A stretch of DNA of 64,000 bases from Rotaria socialis (taxonomy: Eukaryota): positions 186,001-250,000 of the forward strand of contig CAJNYD010000012.1 of the NCBI GenBank assembly GCA_905331295.1, in the 5' to 3' direction. Shown piece by piece: positions 34,701 to 48,235 of this stretch. Below the pieces are notes generated by a model, which did not search any database, was not told the DNA's origin, and was given only the letters and a program-made list of their open reading frames with translations. A program made the translations under genes and the position numbers. Numbering within the stretch: the first letter of the stretch is position 1; every line of letters begins with the position of its first letter.

Positions 34701-37700
34701 TCGAATCTATTCAATCGGAAACTCGGATGTCATTTACAAACTTTGTTTCAAATGTATTTAAATTTATCGTTAACGATTATGGTTTGGAAACTTTATCAAC
34801 ATTATCAAATATGCTAAATGGATATGGTTCAATGTTAGAATTAATCGACTATTCATCGTTTGCAATAGATGAGAATCAAGATAAACTTTCTCCAATACAA
34901 CAAGGAATATTTCAACTCATTACACATTATACTTGTATTCCACAAACACCACTCTATTATTTATTTCATCAACGAATCAAGACCTGTGCTGAAAATATCA
35001 ATTTAAAGCAAATTCTCAAACAAACCAAGCAAAAAGGTTCGCATGAATTTGTATCTTATAAGAATTCTCCGAAGTATTAAGGCAGGACATTTGTATAGAT
35101 TGCTCAAAGTCACATTCCTACTTAAAATTTCATAGAAATATTTCCTCTCTTCTATTTAGGGAAAGATGATGTTCCACGCCAACATTATTATTCCGTTCCA
35201 CCAATTACCACAGCTGATAACAATTGTGATGATGGCGATGATGAAAACGAACAAACTGAATATACATTCGAACAATTTCGATATGAATTAATGAAATCAA
35301 TTTTAAATGATAAAATTTTAACTGATATCATTAATGAAAACATTCTTAATTCTTATTCAAATGATCTTGTTCGAACATTTTGCACCATTGTCGAGAAAAA
35401 TTTCGATGATAATTTTATCCTATGCCAAAAAACAGTCGAATTTGTTTCACGTTGGTTATTACTCGTCGATGATAATGATCAACAATCTCTATCAGAGTGT
35501 TCAAATAGACATATTTGGCTTCTCGCTCATGCTTATACATCATTTGAATATGATCAAAATGATCTTTTTTCTCTATATTCAGCTTGTCGAATTATGGATA
35601 GACTCGATTCAACCCAATCATTTTATGATCGTCTATTGCACGATAATCATATAACAACACGTTCCGAAGTACGTGAAACATTATTTCGATTTATGTTTGA
35701 TTATCTATGGAAAAATCTTTGTGAATTTTGTTCAAAAAATAATACAAACGATGAATGGATTCATATTTATACATTTATTTCGAAATATTATCCATCAGAT
35801 AAAGTTTTACAACGTATACAACTTATTGAAATCAAAGAACAAATTGAATTTATGAATTTAGCATATCTTATTCTAATCAATGATACAACACCTGAACCGA
35901 AAAATCTTATATCTCGTCTATTGAATGATATACATCTTGTTCATATCAATAATAATAATAATATATTTAGAAATCAAAGCAAATCTGTCTATCTGAAATT
36001 ATTGGTCACTATTATTGATTATATTCAATCATATTTAGAAAATAGAAATGCTCAAAATTCAACATTAATGATCGATTTACAACAATGGATAGTTTCCATG
36101 TTAAAATCATCTACAGAATCATGTAAAGAAGAAATTGGAAATCTTTTTATAGGCTTAAATAAATCAAGTTATCGTTTATCATTACCTATGAAACAACTTT
36201 TATTCGATAAATTAGCTAATTTATATTTAGAATCTGTACGACAAAATAGACCAACAACCGATGCTTGGGATCGTCTTATAACACTTTTACCATTGGTTAT
36301 CGAATGTCTAGAAGATGAAAATGTTTTCAATGGATACCAATTGCCTTATCATCCATCGATTATAACTGATGATAATAATCAACGACAACCATTAATCGAT
36401 TTATTCTTTTTCTATCTTCAACGATATTTTCACGATGAAACAATTAAATGTAGTTTTGTTAATAAAATCATACGACCAAACTTACCAAATACAAAATTTA
36501 AATATCCAAAATTAGCGACAGAAATTTTCAAGAAATTAAAAGATTATTTTCTAGTACGATTAACTGCTTTACTTCTATGTCAAACAGATGTATCTCCTGA
36601 TGATCAGCGAATAATCAGTCGAATTACAACGGCAATTATTACTGAATATTTGTTGATTGATCGAACAGCGATTCAACTTACTCAGCATCTTCAAATATTT
36701 CTCTCAACTATTATATCAAAACGATCGTGGAGTTATCTCTTCATTTTATTAAAGTCGGATCATATACAATGTTTGAATAGTCAATGGGCAAATACTCTTT
36801 GTAGTCTATTAGAAATGACAAAGACAACAGAAAATAACAAATATATTCAATTATGTCATAAAATACAGTTCACGTTATCGTCAAATAATGCATCCTCTAT
36901 ATTTCCTAAATTGCATCAAGCATATGAACAGTTGAAAGACATTGTACGTGAATGTGTCACGGAAAATGTCGTTGAAGGACGATGGAAGAAGCTATCGGAT
37001 TGGGTTCAATTACAACAAAACATGAATCCTCCTGTCCTGGATTTGAAAGAAATCAAAATCATGTTATTATTAAATATTTATTATGATTATTATTGCAGTA
37101 ACCAGTTGGAGTCTCTTAATACGCTCATAGTATTCATTGAAAGCACATTGGAACCATTACCAGAAGAATTACAAGTATTTCGTGTTATGTTGCAACCTGA
37201 ACAATTTATGATTGGATACCCGAGAAGAAATGGGAATGTAGAAAATAATTTTCTAAACAGTTTATTTAAAGTTGATTGTCAAGATGAAGACGAATTATGT
37301 ATTCGCCATTCGCTTGTGAATCTCATTGCTATGATTCTAATGGGTGGAAAACAAAGTTTCCTTTGGACATCTACATTCAATCCTTTGAAACTACAGAATA
37401 CATTTGGTAAGTATTCATTTGATGAAATTTTTCTATTGACTGCGGTGTTGACTCTTGCAGTCGACAAATTCTTTCGAAACAAGAAAATAATTTTGAGATC
37501 CAACCAACTCTACACATGTCGATAATCAAAGAAAATAATTTTATTTATTTTCTACATTAGGGTTTGGATCAACAGCACATCAAATCATTCAAAGTAACGG
37601 TGTACATTATGATTGTGGTTGTATTATCACACAAAACGGAGATTTAATGCAATTCGAACGAGCACATGCGAGTGCACTCAATGTGCCAGCTGTTTATGTT

Positions 37701-40700
37701 GCATATTTTTCAACATTTGGTGCTTTAGTAAGTTATTTGTTCATCATAAGCGTATCATCGTTTTCTTAATATTATCATATAGGCTTGGCATTTATTATTA
37801 TTTAGTGAATCTGTTCAAAATCTTCATGGTCCTATATTAGCACGACATGCTATTGCTGATAACACCGCTGAAGGTCGTCTTGCAGGCAATAACGATCGAA
37901 CGAAAGTGTGTCATTTTATTCGTGCTCGATTATTGTCGACGTTCAGTTTCTTGTCAGTACGTTCGAATCAAGATGATGCATGCATTCTTTTGAATCGTTG
38001 CTTTGAACAAATGGCTCTGTTAACTATTAACCATCAACAAGCAGAAAATTCTTGGATTAAACCCGTTTTTAACACGTTAAACGATGAATTGAAAGCTGAA
38101 GAAGAATATCAAAATCATGTATTCTATTTTGTACATGGAAAATTAGCAGAATATAAAGCATACATTAATCATTTGAATTTACAATCACAAATACAAACAA
38201 ATTTACAAAATTTTATTACACAAATGCCAATTACCATTCAATTTCTACATTTTAAAACTGAATTGCACAATCCTATTCATTCTGCGCTACCACTTAAAAT
38301 CTTACGACATGTTCTTGATTCTATGGATTTTCTTAAGATTACTAGATGGATCTATGATCTTAGTCAATTCTATATTCTTCTACATCAAACATACACTCAA
38401 TTAATTGAACAAAATGAATTTCATACAATAACGTTAGAAGAATTGTATAATCGAGGTGAAAAACATTTCAACCAACCAAATAATTTCGAATATTATCATA
38501 GAAACAATAATTATTCATCAATTATTGATAAAGGAATTCAAAGTGTCAATGCCTATCACAGCTTTACTGATGGTCTCATTCGACCGGGTGCTTGTGATCA
38601 AATGCAACGTTTCACCATAATTACACGGGACACACCCATACACTATCTAGTTACAACAGCAAATTATGATGAAGGAGATATTGTTATGCGCATACTCAGG
38701 TATTTCTACTTAGAATCTATTCATTCTATATGACACAATTGTAATTCCATGGGCCATGATAACGAAAAAATCGGATCCCTTTACATACTGTACTTTTTCA
38801 CTTGACTATAATCGTATCTAATAAGCAGTATCACTCCTTGACTAGCTGATTTAAAATATGAGTTGCCCAAAGCATTCAACAAGAAAGATCAATATCTTTA
38901 ATTCACAGTAGACAATATTCTATGACAGAAATCTGTACATCGTTGCTCTACATATATCAACTTTTAGTGATGCGAGCTATCCTTTTTTTGATCCTACCTG
39001 AGATAAACTATTGTTTTTTCCATGATTAAGCTCGAACTCTAGTATCGACTACGGTCTTTTTTACCTCGTATGAAAATCGATCTCTCAATTCTTGTTCTTC
39101 TTTTGATTTCGTAGCTGAAAAGAAAAGTCAATGAACTTCAAGAAAAAGATCATGTATTTCCTAGACTTTTATTAGACTTCGTTTTATGTTGCGTATTTTA
39201 GTGTTCTAATCGACTATCACAATAGTCTATTGAATTCGCTCGAAAAAGAAACGAATGAAAATGACAACAATATGTTTGGTACGTTAAAAAGTTTAGCTAA
39301 TAAATTAACTTCAAAAGAAGTTTCAATTCTTCAAATTATACATGATAATACTGGCGTAATTACATTGACCGACAATGATTGCCTATGGATCGAACAGTTG
39401 TCTTGTGCTACTCTTATCAATGACAACGATGAATACTTTCAAAAAGCTGATACACAAATTAATTTTAATTTTGTCTATCTTCAATCGTATATTATTCGAA
39501 CATATCTTTTATTATGTCGTATTAATTATCGGCATATCATTCAAAATTATCGATGTCATATTAAACGAACACAAATCAGCACCGATGGCGAACTATTAGA
39601 TCTTGACGAAAAGTATTCGATTCAAATGAATCGTGAACAATTAGAAACCGATTGGAATCATTTGAAAGAAATATATTTAGATAAATTATATCATGGTCAT
39701 AATCTACTACGACAAATAGCTATTTTATTGAAAAATAATCAAGACGATTTGTCTCAAGTAAATCTTTATGAATTTATCCAATCATTAGGAGACGATAATC
39801 AGTTGTTCAAACAAACAAAACAATATGAAATTAAAGATTTTCAATTATGTTATATTGATCATGTTCGACAATTATATGCTAATTCAATTAGTGGTTTTCA
39901 ACATTTATTTACTGATATATCTCAATTGCTTCGAACTTCAATTGATTATCAACTTGATGAAGAACTCAGTCAAAACTTAACAGCAACAATAATTAGCATT
40001 GATGATAATAAAGATATTGAGAAAATAAAATCAACAATACAAACAATAACTGATCTATTAACGGATTTGAGATCAGTTGAACATTTTCTACTGCGTCAAT
40101 CGAACCATTCATTAACAAACACGTGTGAAATTTTAGAGATTCAAAATTCTATTCTTGATTTAATACCACATGAAATAAAATGTGAAAATTATGTTGCTGT
40201 TAGCATTCATTTGATTCGCATGCGAACAATTCTTCAAGAAAGAATTGTCAATATCGAAGAGAAGCAAAGTAAACAATGGAATGAAAACTTTGACGTTCAA
40301 TCCAATGACCAACAGCCGGAACAAGAAAATTGTTTTCTTAATTTTCTCAATGAACCATCAACATCGGATACAACACCGAAAAATAACACTGGATCAGATG
40401 ATGATTATGATGATATATGGAGAGGAATTCCGAGTAGTATACCTAATGAACTGATAAAAGATAATTTACTTGGCAAACAAGATTTTCCTCAACAACGTCG
40501 AAATTCAACTATTCAACAAACAACAATCGAAGAATATTTAGAATATTCATCTCTATTTGAATTAAATCTTAAATTTGTTCCGTTAACATTATCAACTTTA
40601 TTCGATCAAATTCATAAACAATTTGAGCAAGCTCAAACCCAAACTGTGGCCTTGAACAAAGCACAAAAATTCGTTGTCACATATACAGACGGAAAGTCAC

Positions 40701-42647
40701 GCGGATCTTTGTGGAGGACTGAAAATTTATTTGAAAAACTCCGTAATTTGTTCGAGAAAGAGAAATTCGATATGAATACATATACTGTTATTGATAAAAA
40801 TGAAATTTGTGTCGATTTCACGAATATAAATGCTCGATTACCGCATGAAATATCTCTCGAATATTTTATTATTGAAAAAACTCTGTTATTTTCAATTCAA
40901 TTTAATTATCAGAAAAAATTATTCGACTATTCCGCTACGTCTAAAAGTAATATATCTACAATAATCGATCGTTTTATCCATGATAATGACATCAAACTCT
41001 TATCAAACAATAACTACCTCTGTTTCTTCGATGAGCATGGGAAAACTATCGAAAATGGAACCATCGCTGATCTAATTAATCAATCAGATCATCCTGACAA
41101 GAAAAAAATTTCGATAACAGTCAACGAAGAAGATAATAAAACGAGCATGCTGTGCGAAATCACTATACGATCGAAACAAAGTAATAAGTTTTTTTTAATC
41201 TTGAACTATACTAATATTCATTGATTTAGATAATGAACAAATCAGTTTATTTGATCCAAACACGCAATGGAAACAGATTGATCAATGGTTGAAACATTTC
41301 AATCAATTCATCGATGCTCCTATAAACGACTATGCTTATCTTCATAAAGAGCTAAAAACAATCATCGATGAAAATCAGTCGATTAGTTTTATCATTGGTG
41401 AACCAACAAAATCAATAATCATCGATGGAGTTAATCGAGGTGCGACAACTCAAGTGACATTCTCCTATGAAACCAATTGTGTATCATTACGTGTACTAAA
41501 GTCGATGAGAATTTGTTATATATTAAATAATGAACGTCTTCTAAGAGAATTGTGTCTTATTGATATATCTCCAAATGATTGTGTTCTTGTATTAGGAGAA
41601 GTCAACGAAAAAGTTTTATCACAGAATGATATTCAACAGCCTATTAGTAATTATTTCCTTAGTGAAGATCAACCAATTCATTTTCGAATATCAATCGCTG
41701 TTCAAATATTGAAATATGATGATGAACAGCCTATACAAATTCTTCTGTCAAATAGAAGTGCAACTATGGAACATGTCTTTCAATTGGCAAAGGCTTCAAT
41801 TGATATCTACAAATATTTAGCTTCGAATTATACAAAGAAGATCGTCGATTTTAGTGAAAAACTATCAAATTTGAGGGATACAAAATTTATTCTTGTCAAA
41901 GAACATGAAACATGTCTCGTAGCAATTGAAAAATCAAAAATAAGTCAATTAATTGATGTCGACGATGAGGCCAACGAATCTTATTATCAACGATTTACTA
42001 TATTTGCTACGATCGGCGATATTTATAGAGAAAATAAAATAGATATCGATCATCAACATCTTCTATGTTCTGAAGATTTTGTTCCATCGATACAAACCAA
42101 GGTACTTTCATTTTCATCCGTCTCACCAATTCGATTTACGTTGATTGATGGAAATTTACCAGTAACAGTAGTTGTTCTAAATAATGAAAATCAAAAATCA
42201 ATCACTTTTAATTGCTCAATGACGATCACGGTGAAGCGTTTGTCATTCATTGCTTGTCAATTGTTCGGTCTTAACAGCAATTATTATCGATTGAAACAAT
42301 CAGATTATGATCTCGATGATGATACTGTTTCTTTAGAAGATATTGATTCCACGATGACTCAAATCGAATTACAGTTAATTTCAATAGCATCCATCAACAG
42401 TTCGATCAAATATGGCAATCAAACAATTGTCTTGCCCTGTTCTTGTGATACATCAACAGCAACAATCATTGATGAAACATTGCAGAAGCTGTATCTTCCA
42501 CAAGAAAGTCATCATATGTATGAATTAACTGCATTGGTTGACGATGGGATCCCTATAGAAGAGGTTATGTCTATTGAGGATATCTATGCATTATTTCCTT
42601 CTCGTCCGACAATGATACCGTTCGAATTAACAAAAAAAATTGACTAG
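22719..42647 (+). CDS. Giant RNF213/mysterin-like multi-AAA+ ATPase, ~5,833 aa, 15 exons
   Basis: Exons read by eye: 22719-24606, 24742-26403, 26576-27073, 27131-28144, 28572-30908, 30964-31307, 31363-31435, 31496-31707, 31776-33488, 34004-35036, 35160-37406, 37561-37727, 37783-38699, 39202-41180, 41230-42647. All introns are GT-AG and in frame; total 17,502 nt. RNF213-type motifs appear in order: RLPSVYQILWC, IYGKAGIGKT, PLIIEGDTGVGKT...VVFFDEVNT...FTAAINP...YLVHQLP...VSQREIQRC, PLCIIGAPGQSKTLS...VVFLDEASL...LKVLHPYLD...VAFVAIANKSFDAANANR, RDFIYML, IKLCMETGKTILMVN...SLYDVFNQNF...VHEDFQCIV...PFLSRFQK. An upstream exon is possible (acceptor-like site at 22687). Confidence 0.92.
28356..28475. 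mobile_element. Short GC-rich MITE-like element in intron 4 of the RNF213-like gene
   Basis: Ends ccagagatgtccat ... atgagcacctctgg are imperfect inverted repeats; no clear TSD. Confidence 0.5.
33502..33760. mobile_element. Fold-back MITE-like element in intron 9 of the RNF213-like gene
   Basis: Internal inverted pairs aaggggaaa/tttcccctt and ggacttgaagta/tacttcaagtcc; loosely inverted ends tagactgg...ccgtcta. Confidence 0.55.
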
Positions 42648-42717
42648 AAATAAATTCGTTTTCTAATTCATTTAATAAGAACTTTCATTTCAACGTTCAC
42701 TTTTATTTTAAACATGA

Positions 42718-43020
42718 CCCAGGAGAATCAGGGTACGTCGGAATCGGTTCCGTTGAATCCCGATGATTTCCTAACTTACGAATTCCGGTCCAAATTTCGT
42801 TGGGACCATTTCCGATCAATTCCCATCGGTTCCATCGATTTCCGACGAATGCCGGGTCAAAATTTTGCGGAACTTAACGGAATTTTTCTGGCGGAAATTG
42901 GACCAGAATCCGTTAGTAGGAAATCGTTGGAATTTAACGGAGCTGTCCGAAAAGCAACGGAATCCATAGGATCCGATGCCGGAAACGATCGGATCCACTG
43001 ATCGGATTGAATCTCCTGGG
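42718..43020. mobile_element. ~300 bp MITE with CCCAGG...CCTGGG ends, 70 bp after the RNF213-like stop codon
   Basis: TIR cccaggagaatca / tgaatctcctggg (1 mismatch in 13). GC-rich interior built of ttccg/cggaa motifs. Confidence 0.75.
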
Positions 43021-43626
43021 AAGACTAAAATTTACCTTTTCAGCCTTTACTATTTTATTCAAATTACATATATACTTGAAGATTAAAAGAATAAAAAAAA
43101 GTTTTATTTATGATTTTTTTCACAAACTTTGCCTACGAATTGCAATCAACGTTTAGCAAATCTAAAGTTGTATAATATATTGCTATAACTACATTTATCA
43201 CTGACGTGTACAGACGCCTAGTTGCTCAACAACCGTAATATTTTTGAAACTATACAAACAGATTTTTCTTAATGAATAGTCATTGAGAATCCATCGAAAA
43301 CTATTTCAATGAAGACAATCTAAATTTTCACTCAAGAAGTTTTGTTCCTCTATAAGATTCTAAGCTCGCAAAAAACTTGAGCCACTTTGAACAGTTTTGA
43401 AAAGAAATAAAACTACTAAAACTGATATTATTTATTATATAATTCAATCCTACATTGTTGCAAAAACAAATTATTCAACAATATTTAATTGAACATAGTC
43501 AAAAAAGATATTTCGAAGACTTTTATTTTGTCCACTGTTTGATTAGACCAATTAGTATTACCATGTAATAAATAGTTTGATCAATCTTCTTTTAGACTCG
43601 AAATTTAAGGGTATTCTTAAAACCCT

Positions 43627-46600
43627 TAATAGATTTTTCTAACCTAATACATACAGAGATAAGTCAAAGGTGAATTTAATCTAAAATACAAAAGTCTCCA
43701 GTTCTTCAATAAAATAGTAACAACATACTTGTACTTTCATTTGAAACATAGAGACATGCCCTAGATGAAAACATCCGTTACGTATATGATCAAATCCAGT
43801 ACTATTCCCGATGCGGTATTGTGGGGACCAAGATTAAAATAAAATACGGTTCGTACACGTACCGTATGTCATCGTAAACGGTCGTATCCGATAAAAATAT
43901 GGATAACCATAACCTTCATCTTGAAGCGTAGCATCTAAAAAAGAACATCATTATGTATGTTAGATACTTTCTTAATAGATTAAATTCGTAAAGAAAACTT
44001 AGCGTTTCTCTTTTATTCGAAATGGTTTTACTGACTTGAAGCATTATATACTCAGTAATTATAATTAAGAATCAAACTCAAAGAAGTAATATAGGAGGCA
44101 TATTAAATTGCCATTTTTTTCTATAGGACATGTTATCGAGCTTGATTTCACGAAAAGATTTCATACGGATGCTAAAAGATGAAAATTTTTGTTGAGGTTT
44201 TAGTGGTATGTTCATTTTTTTAATAATGATGAACAGCTACTCGTTTCTATTATGTTTTATATTAGATACCACAAAAACATCACCTCCTAAACGTCTAAAT
44301 GAAGAAACGACTTCATAACTTAACTTTTCTTAGCTAGATTGAGTTAAAAGATTTATTTATGAGGTTAAGACATAAATATGTATAATGTTAAAATGTTTTC
44401 GTTGCCATGAGAGCTCTTTAAAAGTAGATACTTCTGTAAATCTTGTAAGTGGTTTCAAATATAGTAAAACTCAGTCGAAAATTTTGATGTTCCAATTCAA
44501 CAATAAATGTATTTTCGTACTATTTCTTGAACTGTTTGAACACAGTATGTAGAAAATTATTCAATAGTAATGACTGACATATTATTGAAGACCAACGCTT
44601 AGCACTTTTAATGTTACAAACTAATAACTGATGTTGTTTTCTTATGAGAGAACATTATCAATAAGATTCTCTATTCTACTTTAAGAAATGAACTTTCTGC
44701 TTGAGCTTCCCTCTAAATAAAATTGTCTGCCAAAAATGGCCAACTTAACCTATTTCATCCGTTACTAGAAGACACCAAAACATATGAACAATTAGCGATA
44801 TATGTTCTGTGTTCTTTGGCGCAAGTTTACCACATCAGTCTGTGGTCATTACCTGTATGATTCGTTAGGTTCGACATTAAGTTGAATTATTTTCTCAATT
44901 ACTTTCAATGAGTTCAAGTTGATGATTGTTTTAGAAGACTATGAAATAAGCTAATTGGATCGTTGAAAATAAGTATAGCTTGCAATTACTTTATTTTCAA
45001 AAAATAGTGTTTTTTCTAGAAAAAGATATAAAAACACATTCCTTTGAGAAAAGCAAGGAACTTCTATGTACATACGCAAAATCTATATTGAATTCATACA
45101 ATTAGTAGTCTCCTGAAGTATGAAAGAAAGCACTGAATATAGCCTATCGGATTAACTAGTATCTGCGTATATTATAACATTATGTAGAGAAGCCAATGCC
45201 AATTGTTACTGGTCTACATGATATTCTTCTTAAAATAATATCTACTACAATTTCTAGATTTAATCTGTCTCCTTTTAAAAACAATATTCTGAATAAGCAT
45301 GATGGCAATCGTGCGATGAACATAAGGATACAGCGAATAGAATGATGTACATGAAGTGAACCGTAACGGTAAAAACTGTTACAGATAGTATTGCTCATGA
45401 ATGTATGTGTATGATTCGGATATATATTCCTATACAGTATATCATGGTTGTGATGTTGGAAATGTGAAGAAAAGTTTGGTTGTAACTGTAAAGGACAAGG
45501 GAGCTTATCGAATTACTTAATGCATATTGATGTCAAATGATAGGCGATAAACAAAACATGGGTATTGATTGTTTTTAGTTCACTCTTCCTATAGAGAAAT
45601 ATCCAGGAAGTGCCCTGAAAGACTTCATATTGCAGACGAACATCTTGGTATTGAAACCATTAATTTTAAAGATCACGATGCAACCATAAAAATTCTTGAA
45701 ATGATGCTTTCTTAAATAAAAGAATCAAAAATTCTTTTACGTTCGTGAACGTGTTCATTGTTTATTAGAAGCAGCTGGTTTCGGGTATGCTAAATCTCTT
45801 TTACATAGAATCGAGCTTTTTCTTTCAATTTAGAGAGACGTATGCATAAACATTGGAAAATGTGTCTAGAAAATATTTTTCAGTTGAATCGGATCCAACA
45901 TTAGTTGTTTTAAATCATATTCAGCTGAGTTAAATATCTGAATGTTACCACAAATTCGATGATAACGAGTCTGAATCATTGCAATGCTAATTTATTTATT
46001 TTTCATAGTTGGAATAAACATTGGAACATTGTGTATTCCTCAAGAGGAAAAGACTGCATTGTAGATTGTCGACAGCTTTACACATCTATTCATAATCGAA
46101 ATGAAGTTTTAGTAATGCATTTTCAAATTCAACTGACTATATGTAATAGAACGAAACTGCTAAATTTCAGATACTAATTTCTTCAAAGGTGCTGTGGATT
46201 TAGAATTTATGAATTATTACATGTTCCAAAGGAGCGAAGTGTACTGTAGTCGATCGAATTTTTTCGTGATGGAAAAACCATTAGTTTTATAACATCAAGG
46301 ATGCTATTTTCAATGATGTATTGGATTTGAAATTTAGTTTCTTCTTTCGTTCGGTTACCAAAAATATTGCTTTTTGCGAAACAGATTGAAAAATGTGTCC
46401 TCTCCCACTCTCACAGCCTGCTTGCTTTGAAACGGTAAAAACCACTTAGTGAGTTATTCTTTTCTCTGTTAAGTTCCTACGGTCTGATAAGTTTTGAACA
46501 AATAACATGCATCGATCGAGCTCATGCATTACAATTGCTAGAGAGAATGACTGATGTTCTTTCGAAAAAAATTCCTGTACAAATTTTTCTTTTGCAAAGT

Positions 46601-48235
46601 CAAAAACCGGATATGAAAATATTCGATAAAACTGATTTCAATGGTGATTATGATGTTTTATACTTCGGCATGTTTTGTTGTTAAAATTCGATTTATTTAC
46701 TGTGATAGTTTTGAGAATTACAGATAATTGCTATTTGACTTTTCTACTTTTACAGGTTCGTCCTGTGAAAATATGTTTCGTACGAAATTGAAAGTTCGAT
46801 AGAATTAAAAGTCGACAACATACTCTAATAGCATTTAACATTTGTACAAATACCTTTGCACCGCATGTTAAATAAACGATCTCGAAGTTATCTTTCGGCT
46901 GTTCATTCTGACAAGAATTTCGTTGATTGTTTTTGTAATAAAAGAATCTTTCGATAACAGCTTTCAAAGTGAATTGTTGAAATAAAGCAATTCAGCAATC
47001 CTGATTTTGTTTCTAACAAAAGCGACTAAGAGACCTTATTTTTTGTATGAAGACAAGCTAGTTAACGAGTGTAATGTCGACAATTTCTACTGCTTGTAAA
47101 CTGTAAGTATCAATCGCTTCGATAAAGAATTCATATAGTTTAATCATTTTTGTATCTTTCATCAATCAAGTATCGGCCTATCAGCGTATTTTCATTTTTC
47201 AAAAAAAAATTCAAATATTTCGTATTCTATTTATCTATCCTCCAATGAATTTTCATTGTACAGAAATACGAATGTTCTGTAATAGAAAATTCTTTTGCAC
47301 TTGTAAGTGTAACTTAATAACAAAATGATGACATCGAGCGAAAGCCTCTCTGTTGCAAGGCTTCTTTTACTATTATGATGAAATTCCTAAGGTTTGAATA
47401 ATAACTTCGAGAGGCAATTATTTAGTTTCTATGTATGCAGCAGTGAATTAAATCTTAGGTTCCGATCATGGATATAACGAGTTCGCTACCTTCTCTATCG
47501 TTTTCATCAGAGAAATATCGAAAGTCATTAGCTCAAGAGTGTTTTACTTTTTCCAATTATTTTAGTGATGAAACCATTCTTTAACAGTTGTTGCTTTATT
47601 ATTGTTTACCATCGAAAACTGAATGAAAGCGTAATATTTTATTAAATTTGCATATCTGTTTGGTCTATTAGAGTAGGCATCATGACAAATATCTTTTTAG
47701 TTAAAAACATTTTTCTTGAAATTGACGAAAACATTGCATAATTAACCTATTTAACTATGATACTCTTTGGAAAAAAACGAAACCATTTCCATATTGAATT
47801 AACTTAGAAACCTACATCGAACAACGTCATTCGTATGCCGCTTGAGCTCACTTGTTCGAAACTTCATCAACTATTCCTATGCATTTCCACCACAATCGAA
47901 TGAGTTAGAAAACAATTTAACAAACTTATTTGAAGAACTCGCAATCGAAATAGACAGTGCACAGTTTTTGATCGGTTATCATTGATTGAAAATATTTTAT
48001 TTTAAGCAGATCGTATAAACTAACATTTTCACATGAGCGATGGATCTTAGTTGGCAGCGCTCGGCATATTGGCATAGAACGCGGCCTTCTTATTTTAAAT
48101 TCGATATAACAAGACCATCATGATCAACATTAGATGATGTATAAGATAAAAAATCATTAAGCAGTCCTTCATTAGAAGCCTGATAAAAAAAAAGATTGAA
48201 CTTTTGAGAGCCAACTGATTTCCCAACTTTAGCAA
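43627..48235 (+). repeat. Arm A of long inverted duplication (pairs with 54690-59116)
   Basis: Starts taatagatttttctaacctaatac, reverse complement of 59093-59116. Mirrored ORFs 45180-45398(-)/57345-57563(+) and 46731-46967(-)/55789-(+). 4 mismatches in a sampled 60-mer; ~170 bp at ~47035-47205 is absent from the other arm. Confidence 0.95.

Noticed and set aside
22692..42647. Reading the large + strand ORFs as an operon-like cluster of separate genes, or as midasin/dynein
   Set aside because: All ORFs join through in-frame GT-AG introns, and motif order matches RNF213.
42714..43001. 95-aa ORF (likewise the ORFs at 61044-61475)
   Set aside because: They lie almost entirely within GC-rich MITEs; open frames reflect low stop density.
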